Program-made: the position numbers and the translations under genes
NCBI GenBank assembly: GCA_030867685.1
Contig: JAQOWU010000007.1
Span: 1,736,001-1,800,000, forward strand
Length of the DNA: 64,000 bases
Source: Wickerhamiella versatilis
Taxonomy: Eukaryota
Direction: 5' to 3'
Shown here: positions 48,178 to 56,748 of the stretch, in pieces
Position numbering within the stretch: position 1 is the stretch's first letter
Layout: each line of letters opens with the position of its first letter
Notes under the pieces: generated by a model
Told to the model about the DNA's origin: nothing
The model's database searches: none
Seen by the model: the letters and a program-made list of their open reading frames with translations, nothing else

Positions 48178-50949
48178 ATGGTTGATGGTCAGGATGGTCA
48201 AGACCATTCTTCACACATAGGCACTACTGGTGGTGGTGGAGGTAGTGAAGACTACTTCAGTTATCACGGGGGGTCCGGTAACCGAAGGCGCAGTGGGTCA
48301 TCCGCACCTCCTCCACGTGCTCACTTTGCAATGCAAGATAGCGACAATGAGAGTGATCCCGACACATCTGATGTTCGCGCGGAAACACGAGCAAATACTG
48401 CATTCAATCGTGGACCATTACGATTCCACGTAACACCGCCCGGTGATGATGATTTCTCATTATCAGACTCTCGCATGGGGCTGGGTAGCCTAGGGAGCCG
48501 AGTGAGTGGTGGACTTGCTCCCGGAAGCCACCAAGTTGATGATGATGACCCAAATGACGAAGAGTATCGTGCTCGAAGAGATGCTCTACTGGCACGCATG
48601 GGGGTCTCGAATTCACTGCCTAGTTCGCCTCAGGAGTCGGATAATGATAACGAAAGTGAAGCAAGACGTATGAATGCGATTCCGCTGCACAATCTTGAAC
48701 GCGTTGTCAGTGATGTGTCGACACCGGCTGATACCCCTATCGAAGGCCAATCACCTATGGAACTCGAAAAAGAAAAAAGTACACCACAAACTCCTGAGGA
48801 GAAAGAGGCTCTGGCGGAACAGGCCAGACAAGAAGCGGAAGAAATTGCAAAGTCCCTGGTCACACAGCATTTGGGGAAAAGACCAGCACAGGGATATGTG
48901 GATAATCACCAGTTTCTCCTTAATGCAGGCTTGCAGGATGAGGATATTGCTGTAGGTGAAGGAGCTCATCAAATGTCAAACGAGTCTGAAAAAGATGCCA
49001 CGGAAGGGGCTCATCCTGAAAAAAGTGAAGCCTCCCAGGAGCCACCTGAGGAAAGTCATAATGTTGACGATGGTATGGAGTATCATGATCCTGATGGAGA
49101 CTATGTACCTCCCCCCAAGCAGGTAAAAGAGGGAATTTTGGGATCATTGCTTCGATTGTATGCCGGCGAACAGGATGGCCAATCTTCCAAAACAGGCAGC
49201 AGCACTCAGCCGTCTCCACAAGCGTCTGCATCTCCCACGCCAACGGGATCGCCGTCCCTGACACCAGTTTCTCCAGCGGCCAGCGACGATGCCTCCTCGC
49301 GTAGACCGAGCTCTTCCAGCTCGAAGTTGCGAAGGCCATCCTATCTACGTACATCGTCAGAGGATGCTCTGAGGAAAATGAAGCCTTCAAATTTGTTCAA
49401 GCATAAGCATTCAAACAGCTCTTTGAGTCTGGGAAAGCTTGCAGCATCCAGTCTTGGTGCAGTGAACCATTTAGGCACTGTGGCACCGCAGACCTTAGAA
49501 TACGAAAAGAAGCAGGCGCAAAAGGCAAAGCATGAAATACAGAAACAAATAGCAAAAAAAAAGAAGAAGGAAAAGAAACTCGCGGAACAGAAAAGAATTA
49601 CAGTGCATATAGCAGATGTCCTACAGCGTCAAAGATTCATTTTACGTCTCGGACGGGCATTAATGCTTTTCGGAGCTCCATCTCATCGATTAGAGGAATA
49701 CCTAAAAATGACTGCACGGGTTTTAGAGATTGATGGACAATTTTTGTACATGCCTGGCTGTATGCTGGTAGCTTTCGGTGATGCAACAACTCATACCTCT
49801 GAGACTAAATTAATACGTTGCGTACAGGGCCTCAATCTCACTAAATTGGATGCCACTCATATCATTTATAAGGAGGTAGTTCATGACTTGATGGGGCTCG
49901 AGGAAGCTAGTGCTCATATTGATAACTTGCTAAAGTCAAAAAGCGTGTACCCCTGGTGGTTGGCTACTGTCTTCTTCGCGCTAGCATCTGCCTCAATTGG
50001 CTGTTTCAGTTTCGGGGGCCACTGGCGTGATATTCCTATTATATTGTTGCTCAGTTTAATGGTGGGGTTCCTGCAAAATTGGGCTCAACCTAGATCTGAT
50101 TTGTATGCCAACGTCTTCGAAGTATCTTCATCAATTCTTGTGAGCTTCTTGGGGCGTGCATTTGGCACGATAATGGTAAGCCGTGATCCACCTTTCTTCT
50201 GTTTCCCTGCCATAGTTCAAGGCTCTCTTTCATTAATTTTACCAGGATATGTCATTTTATGCGGTGCTCTGGAATTACAGTCAAAAAATCTGGTCGCCGG
50301 TTCTGTACGAATGTTCTATGCCATCATATATTCCTTATTTTTGTCATTCGGGATAGCACTCGGAGCAACAATTTTTGGCTGGTTTGACCATAATGCTACC
50401 AATTTAACGAACCAGAACAAGTGCGAAGGCCTTGACGCCAAGTGGAAAATTCTATTTGTTCCGTTGGCCTCTCTTTTCCTTGCCACTGTGAATCAGGCTA
50501 GTTATCGACAGTTGCCGATTATGATTATTATCTCCAGTGCGGGGTACACTGTGTTGTATTTCATTCAGCAGAAAGTTAACTCAACATCCGCTTTTTCTTC
50601 AGCAATCGGAGCATTTACAATCGGTATTCTGGGAAACCTTTATTCGCGTATTGGCCACGGTTTAGCCTTTGCGGCGATGCTTCCTGGTATTTTTGCCATC
50701 GTTCCATCAGGTATCGCTGCCCAGGGATCATTGGTTGATGGTGTCTGTGTTGCCAACAGTATCACTAACCATACTGGAAATAATACCAGCGATGACTGTA
50801 ATTCTAACAATAACTCAACGGGATTTTCTGGACTCGGGGGAAGCATGACTCAAGTAGCAGTTGGCATTACTGTGGGTCTCTTTGCCGCTACCTTGATCGT
50901 CTATCCACTGGGACTTGGTAAAAAGAGGTCAGGTTTGTTCACATTTTAG
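48178..50949 (+). CDS. PRM10: Prm10-like multi-pass membrane protein (ThrE/threonine-serine exporter family)
   Basis: RITVHIADVLQRQRFILRL.RALMLFGAPSHRLEEY, LILPGY.ILCG.LEL, AGSVRMFYAIIY, about 10 TMs, C-terminal KKRSGLFTF. Confidence 0.9.
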   Translation: MVDGQDGQDHSSHIGTTGGGGGSEDYFSYHGGSGNRRRSGSSAPPPRAHFAMQDSDNESDPDTSDVRAETRANTAFNRGPLRFHVTPPGDDDFSLSDSRMGLGSLGSRVSGGLAPGSHQVDDDDPNDEEYRARRDALLARMGVSNSLPSSPQESDNDNESEARRMNAIPLHNLERVVSDVSTPADTPIEGQSPMELEKEKSTPQTPEEKEALAEQARQEAEEIAKSLVTQHLGKRPAQGYVDNHQFLLNAGLQDEDIAVGEGAHQMSNESEKDATEGAHPEKSEASQEPPEESHNVDDGMEYHDPDGDYVPPPKQVKEGILGSLLRLYAGEQDGQSSKTGSSTQPSPQASASPTPTGSPSLTPVSPAASDDASSRRPSSSSSKLRRPSYLRTSSEDALRKMKPSNLFKHKHSNSSLSLGKLAASSLGAVNHLGTVAPQTLEYEKKQAQKAKHEIQKQIAKKKKKEKKLAEQKRITVHIADVLQRQRFILRLGRALMLFGAPSHRLEEYLKMTARVLEIDGQFLYMPGCMLVAFGDATTHTSETKLIRCVQGLNLTKLDATHIIYKEVVHDLMGLEEASAHIDNLLKSKSVYPWWLATVFFALASASIGCFSFGGHWRDIPIILLLSLMVGFLQNWAQPRSDLYANVFEVSSSILVSFLGRAFGTIMVSRDPPFFCFPAIVQGSLSLILPGYVILCGALELQSKNLVAGSVRMFYAIIYSLFLSFGIALGATIFGWFDHNATNLTNQNKCEGLDAKWKILFVPLASLFLATVNQASYRQLPIMIIISSAGYTVLYFIQQKVNSTSAFSSAIGAFTIGILGNLYSRIGHGLAFAAMLPGIFAIVPSGIAAQGSLVDGVCVANSITNHTGNNTSDDCNSNNNSTGFSGLGGSMTQVAVGITVGLFAATLIVYPLGLGKKRSGLFTF

Positions 50950-51116
50950 CCTTGACTGCGTCTTTCATTAAATTATATACCCCAAAATATAGCATAGTAT
51001 ACATTAGCTCAACGGAACTCTTTAAAGGTTGGGCAGCATTAAACGATTCTTTAAACTGCATCTATTTCTTTATTTATTCGACTTTTAGAATGCTGTGCCT
51101 AGGTTTGGTACCATAT

Positions 51117-51155
51117 ACGCGTAACGTTTTTGTGGCAGAACGCGTTTGAAACGCG
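51117..51155. promoter_or_regulatory. MCB element cluster upstream of ORF 51213
   Basis: ACGCGT at 51117 and 51140; ACGCG at 51151. Confidence 0.65.
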
Positions 51156-51212
51156 GGTTAGGTAGGGACCACTCAATAAAGGGCTAGGGCAATTTATTCT
51201 TCTCGTCCTTAC

Positions 51213-51968
51213 ATGGCGGAGCCTGCGACACCGCAACGATGGACCATGGAGCCACCCTCCCTAGTAAATGTTAGCAGCTCTTCGCCTGCTATTCACAGCT
51301 CTCCACCTACAGAGGGGATGGTGGGGTCATCCGCACCAATGCTTTTACCAAGTTCGCCTCCTGTGCCTTACACCCCTAGACGAAAGATACAGAAGCAACA
51401 GAGGCCATATTCCTTGCAACCTGGGGCTTTTCAACACCTACAGAGTAAGCCACAGCCAAAATCACCCAGGCAGGAGCTCCCTTTATATCCCCCTGGTGCA
51501 AAAGTTATTGAAGCATGTGAAGAATACAGCCTTAAGTCTGTTCCCGCCTTTGACTTCGTGGTAGATCGCAAAACAGGAGTGGCGTCAGTAAGCCGTCGTA
51601 ATAGAAGAAAAATGACCTTACGCCAGCAACAAGCGTTGGAATCAGTACTAAACTGTGATTCTGACTCTGATTCCGATGATTACTCTCCCGGTGGCACACA
51701 ATTTGGGGATGCCTTGGCCGCTCTAGCTCGTACAGTTGCAAAAAGCCGTGTTAGTAGGGTACAAAAGAAGTATACACCCCTTCCAGAAACACCTAAAAAG
51801 ATGCATAACCCAAAGTCGGAATTGTGGAGTTCTCCGGAGTCAGTGAGTGGATTCAGAACACCTTCATATTGTAGACCACAGCAGTTACCAACCCAAACTC
51901 CCCCTGGTGCCTTAATTGGAGACACTCCATATGCAACAGGAATGACTCCTTACCTGCCACGTTCTTGA
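51213..51968 (+). CDS. Disordered SP/TP-rich protein, putative cell-cycle-regulated CDK substrate
   Basis: 251 aa; TPQR, TPRR and TPKK sites plus many other SP/TP; short ordered motifs FVVDRKTGVASV and GDALAAL. Confidence 0.7.
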   Translation: MAEPATPQRWTMEPPSLVNVSSSSPAIHSSPPTEGMVGSSAPMLLPSSPPVPYTPRRKIQKQQRPYSLQPGAFQHLQSKPQPKSPRQELPLYPPGAKVIEACEEYSLKSVPAFDFVVDRKTGVASVSRRNRRKMTLRQQQALESVLNCDSDSDSDDYSPGGTQFGDALAALARTVAKSRVSRVQKKYTPLPETPKKMHNPKSELWSSPESVSGFRTPSYCRPQQLPTQTPPGALIGDTPYATGMTPYLPRS

Positions 51969-52065
51969 TGACATGAAACAACCCAATGGGCTAATAGTAC
52001 CTTTTGAATTGATTAGTATAACTATAATATTTACTCTTTAACAAGTAATTAAATAAATAAATAAA

Positions 52066-53613
52066 TTAAGGACCCATTCCCATTAGCCGGATCTCGAGAG
52101 GTCTGGCCACTAAATATCCCACCGCTGAGAACCCAACCGCAAAAAACGTACCAAGCTCCCCGCCACTCGTTCCAATAAGCTCGGATATACGACCAACATA
52201 GTAGTATTGGTTCATGCCGAGTACAATTCCAACTATTCCACAACAGAAAGCAAAAATCGCAGCCCACATTGTTCTCAGATAAACCGAATTATCCCATTGA
52301 TCCCACTGGAACTCTTTACGCCCATGTCGAAACACCAAAACTTCAATTATTAGTATGGTGCCATAGATCATACTCCAATACCCGATCATCGGTAAGAAAT
52401 TACCGACGACAGTGGCCCAATCATTGCGGCCGACTGCTGATAGAACAAAGAATAGGACACAGCCAAGGATGGAGAAAAAGAAGCGCGGAAATTTCTGTAA
52501 TTGGCGACTCCAAACCTGGCAACTTAGTGCCAGGGAATACATGCTAAAGGTTTGGTTTGTAATTTGGGATATGAAGACGAGCACGAGTAGGAACTTTCCG
52601 CCTCCACCCCACCGCTTCATGCTCTCAACCATCAGTCCAGCACCCTGATACTTATCATATGCCTGCATAAGATCCCCATTGGGTCCAAACGTGGCAGCAG
52701 CAGCAAGGCCCACACCAATAGCTCCCACAAATGCCGTAGGGACCCAAACAGCAGCTAACGTGGAAAAATAAACTTTCCAGGGTGATGTTTTTTCAGGTAA
52801 ATCAATATAGTAATCCGAGGAAACCGTCAACCATGTTGAAGTGATGCCCACACTTGACTGAAACATATTTAACCACGCAATTATTCCATCAGCTCCTGTG
52901 TCCACAGTCGGCGTTGTTGTGTTCCAATCTCTGGCAGTGCATATATATATAAGTAGAAATGCAACAAGGATGGGACATACTAGAAGCCTGTCGAACATAG
53001 AAACATATGGAACACCGAAAAGACAGACAATTAGTGTGACTAGAAAGCATATTAGTATTCCGATAACAACGCTCATGGATCCATTTGGAGTTAAGGCAGA
53101 TAGAAGTTGACCTCCGAACACGGAAGAGACTATTGCCCACCCAATTAGGGTCAAAACGTTAAGCAAGGCTATAAATTTGGCAAACCACCAACCAAACAGG
53201 AAACGGCTAATGACCATAGCTCGGAGACCAGATCGAGGTCCCATAATAGCGCCGAAAGATGCAACAGCAGATCCCACAAATGTCCCGAAAAAAGACGCAC
53301 TCAAGGCGGACTTAAAGCCGAGACCGAACAAAGTGCTCCCACTGAAAAATCCAGTCAGGGATGGAATACTGCCAGTAGCACCAATCCAAATCACGGCAAG
53401 GCGGAGACAGTGCCTCCAATCTGCCTTTAACCTTTGATCTGGTGGCTGTCGTTCTATTCCTCTAGCCTCTCCCTGTCTGTCGATCCAGGCACACATTCGC
53501 CAAAAATAACAAAGCGGACCATTCAGCCGTTCAAAAGAGTAGACCTTATCATAAGCAGCTGGTTCTGTAATAAAAATATCGGTATCGCCTTTTTTTTCCA
53601 AGTCCACCGTCAT
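52066..53613 (-). CDS. NCS1 purine-cytosine permease family transporter, Tpn1/Fcy2-like
   Basis: GEARGIER, GPRSGLRAMV.SRFLFGW, SDY, YSLALS.Q, NFLPMIGYW, GMNQ.YYVG, RPLE. First ATG at 53613. Confidence 0.9.
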   Translation of the reverse strand: MTVDLEKKGDTDIFITEPAAYDKVYSFERLNGPLCYFWRMCAWIDRQGEARGIERQPPDQRLKADWRHCLRLAVIWIGATGSIPSLTGFFSGSTLFGLGFKSALSASFFGTFVGSAVASFGAIMGPRSGLRAMVISRFLFGWWFAKFIALLNVLTLIGWAIVSSVFGGQLLSALTPNGSMSVVIGILICFLVTLIVCLFGVPYVSMFDRLLVCPILVAFLLIYICTARDWNTTTPTVDTGADGIIAWLNMFQSSVGITSTWLTVSSDYYIDLPEKTSPWKVYFSTLAAVWVPTAFVGAIGVGLAAAATFGPNGDLMQAYDKYQGAGLMVESMKRWGGGGKFLLVLVFISQITNQTFSMYSLALSCQVWSRQLQKFPRFFFSILGCVLFFVLSAVGRNDWATVVGNFLPMIGYWSMIYGTILIIEVLVFRHGRKEFQWDQWDNSVYLRTMWAAIFAFCCGIVGIVLGMNQYYYVGRISELIGTSGGELGTFFAVGFSAVGYLVARPLEIRLMGMGP

Positions 53614-54661
53614 GGTCACTCGGTGGGCGTAACTGATCAAGTTTTACCGCTCCGAGTAAAAGGTAACGGGTATATCTATGACTCAGGTTCCAGCAACCTG
53701 TGTAGCACCTAGGTCATCAACATGATATACGGGTATGGATAAGACTGAGCCTATTGTCAATCCTACAAATGGATTAAGCGGCCAAATAGTCCAAAAAAAG
53801 CGCTCGATCTTAGTATTGACAAGAAAGATCTAGAAGAACATAATCTTTCGGGAGCAATATCAGAACATCTCGTGACTTTACGAAGTGCATAAATTTCAGA
53901 CCACTTGGGCTATGTACAACAGGATTTTAGCTTCACCAGCATTGTTCTCGCTGCCGCAACATATGACCGTATGATTGACCTACTGGTTGGTGACTAATTT
54001 GTCTAGGATTTGCCCTTGCCCTCACCCTCGCCTTAATTTTCCTTCCTCGGTGAAAACCTCAGTGCTATGTAGGCGCAAGGCGGGGTTTTTGAATAACGCG
54101 TTAAATGAATTTGTTTGGGCTACAGTATTTGCAAAAACAACCAGTCAAATCTTTTTCTAATTTCAGTAGAGTGCTCTAGCCATGAAGTTTCAGGTAACAC
54201 ATTCCCCGATAAGCCAGGTGTTTTGTCCAATGTCGCAAAAAAAAAGGTCGCAATAAATCAATAGTTACTCATGACTTTAGTTATAACCTTCTGTGTTGTT
54301 GTCAGACATTTATGTCTCTCTTGTTTCGGAAGAACTGAGAGCGGTGCCTTAGTTCCGCTTCCCAGCACTGTTTTCTGTGGCTTTGACGCGTGCCCTGTAT
54401 AACCTAACCCATTAATGAATAAAGTAGACTTCCAGGAGGTTTATGCTGGGTGGAAATCGAAGAAATAAGCAGATAAGGCTGCCTTTATAGCCACGAGTTC
54501 TTATATGGGTCGTTATAGCATATCCTCCTTCAATGAGCTATCTTGCAAAGGTCAATTACCCTACTAACCCTAACCTACCCCTTGTTGTTTTCATTAACTG
54601 GCAGAGGAGACGACTAAGCCTTTAAGAAAGTGAATATCTGAATAGTACTCACTTATCTGCA

Positions 54662-55927
54662 ATGCTATGGTTACTCTCGGGGTTGTCCACACTCTCTTTT
54701 GCCATTGCTTCTAATTCAATCGTTCCACTATCTTTTACCACTCGGAGAGAGGCACATTCAGATACACTTTTTCGTCGCTCACTAGGTGTCGAGCCTGTAT
54801 TCAATCATTATTCGTATTATGAGCTCGAGATTGAGATTGGATCACCTCCTCAAAATGTAAATGTTACCCTTGATACCGGCTCATCGGACCTCTGGGTTTC
54901 GAATGAGGTTTTTTATCCGGAGGAATCCTCCACTTTCCATAAGAATGAATCCACCAAGCCTTTCGGAACAAAATATGGCGATGGCCGTGAGATTCATGGA
55001 TACTGGGCTACGGACGACGTTAGCATCGGTAACCTTAGTGCCGGTGGCTTATCTTTGGGGGTTGCGAATACAAGTAGTCAATCTATCCTGGGGATAGGCC
55101 TTGAGCAGACTGAAGCCACCGTGAATACGTTAAAAAATGGTGAACTAATGCCTACGTACTCAAACTTACCGATGCTGTTGAAGGAGCAGGGCCAGACCAA
55201 GCGCGTGGCTTACTCTCTTTACCTTTCAAATTCAACGGCAGAAAAAGGCAGTATAATTTTTGGTGGAGTGGATCATGCAGCATATAGTGATGACAATCTG
55301 ACCCTGATTCCCGTTGTCAATGATCAAAGCATCAAGGGAGTCTCAAAACCCACCACGCTATCTGTGATGCTGCATGGGATAGAAATCGAGGGTGCTCATC
55401 TTAAATCTGCATTCCCTGTCCTATTGGATGCAGGTTCAACTTTCTCCTATCTGCCTTCAGATATGTTAGAAACCATCGCTAGTGCGGTCAGCGCGACGTT
55501 TGAAGAGTCTCTTGGATTGTACACTGTCGATTGCTCGTCAGATGCCTACATTTCATTCAATTTCAGCGGTTCAGTTATCAGGGTTCCGCTGAACGCGACA
55601 TTGACCCACGTGACAAATTCTGATAATCGCTGTGCACTGGGATTTCTGTCAGAAAAAAGTAGCAGCGGTAGACTTATCCTCGGCGATAGTGTCTTACGTT
55701 CGCTCTATTTGGTCTACGATCTCGAAGGACTGAGGATCGCGGTAGGTCATGCTAATTTAGATACTGATTCGTATACCCCAGAGGAAATCGGTACATCCAT
55801 TCCAAGAGCCACTTCGGCTCCATATTATTCTGCGACAGCAATGGCAACGGCTGTCACGACTCTAGCAACACCCACAGGTGGGATAATGACAACATCACAG
55901 TCGGGACTGGATCTCACGGCTTATTAG
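54662..55927 (+). CDS. Secreted pepsin-like (A1, yapsin/SAP-type) aspartic protease
   Basis: Signal peptide, RR propeptide site, IGSPPQ..LDTGSSDLWV, flap YGDG, IFGGVD, LLDAGST, ILGD..LR..YLVYDL; Thr-rich tail. Confidence 0.92.
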   Translation: MLWLLSGLSTLSFAIASNSIVPLSFTTRREAHSDTLFRRSLGVEPVFNHYSYYELEIEIGSPPQNVNVTLDTGSSDLWVSNEVFYPEESSTFHKNESTKPFGTKYGDGREIHGYWATDDVSIGNLSAGGLSLGVANTSSQSILGIGLEQTEATVNTLKNGELMPTYSNLPMLLKEQGQTKRVAYSLYLSNSTAEKGSIIFGGVDHAAYSDDNLTLIPVVNDQSIKGVSKPTTLSVMLHGIEIEGAHLKSAFPVLLDAGSTFSYLPSDMLETIASAVSATFEESLGLYTVDCSSDAYISFNFSGSVIRVPLNATLTHVTNSDNRCALGFLSEKSSSGRLILGDSVLRSLYLVYDLEGLRIAVGHANLDTDSYTPEEIGTSIPRATSAPYYSATAMATAVTTLATPTGGIMTTSQSGLDLTAY

Positions 55928-56082
55928 AGGGGCAGGCACTCTCATAAACATTCTTGCTATGTAATTTTTATTTTCTTTCTTTAATTCATTCTTTTACGCG
56001 AAATTTAATATATTGTAACCAAGAATAAAAGCTACGAGTTGTTCTCACTTGGGATGATCACGTGGGTGGATGAATGTCTAGT

Positions 56083-56274
56083 TAGGATACGATATGCTCA
56101 ACATGCATTTAGGAAGGAATAATTTTGGGTTTGCTCTCATTAGCTACCATATGCCAGACTAGCATAGACAAAATCGTCAATGATTCATGGTTCGCCTCTC
56201 CGTTCACGGGTTTCCCGTACTCGGCGCGGTGGCCAAGAAGAATCCTTTGCCCCCCATCGATTGATCGTATCCTA
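56083..56274 (-). ncRNA. Unassigned structured RNA element downstream of CTR2 (3'UTR element or independent ncRNA)
   Basis: 11-bp perfect terminal inverted repeat, several internal hairpins, AGUA/GAA loop-E-like motif on the minus strand. Confidence 0.3.
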
Positions 56275-56281
56275 CACATTT

Positions 56282-56704
56282 TTAGTGACAACTTAATTGA
56301 CGCTCTGAGCGATTACCCCAAAGATAGAAGCCTAAGCCGGCGCCACATGAAACTGCGATCATCACCCATCCATTATATGTCATAAACATCAGCATCAAGA
56401 GATAAGAGTAGCCAACCTGTGCGGCATAGCCTAGAGCCTTATATACCTTCATGCCGCTGGTAGAAACCCCGTTTGCGATGCTAGCTTGGTTGTCGATGAG
56501 CCGCATGCGGAATCTAAGGTACTCGTATCCTGCACTAAGTAGCACGATAGAAACGAGGGTCAAATACAACCCCAAAGTGGTCCTCACATGCCACCACTTG
56601 AATACCACACAAAGGTTATTCGAATCCCACGTGAAAAGCATATTCATTGAGCACATGTCGGACGACCCGCCATGGCCTCCATGTCCAGAGTGATCATGGT
56701 CCAT
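56282..56704 (-). CDS. CTR2: Ctr-family copper transporter (vacuolar/low-affinity type)
   Basis: His/Met-rich N-terminus, CSMNMLFTW...CVVF.WW, GYEYLR, MLMFMTYNG (MxxxM), GxxxG, C-terminal CH. Confidence 0.93.
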   Translation of the reverse strand: MDHDHSGHGGHGGSSDMCSMNMLFTWDSNNLCVVFKWWHVRTTLGLYLTLVSIVLLSAGYEYLRFRMRLIDNQASIANGVSTSGMKVYKALGYAAQVGYSYLLMLMFMTYNGWVMIAVSCGAGLGFYLWGNRSERQLSCH

Positions 56705-56748
56705 GGCTGACGTAAGAAACTAGCTGACGGAAGACAAGGTGGTGTGGC

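Noticed and set aside
32721-56704. MAC1 and CTR2 as a copper cluster
   Set aside because: They are 23 kb apart with many unrelated genes between, and no full TTTGCTCA site lies upstream of CTR2.
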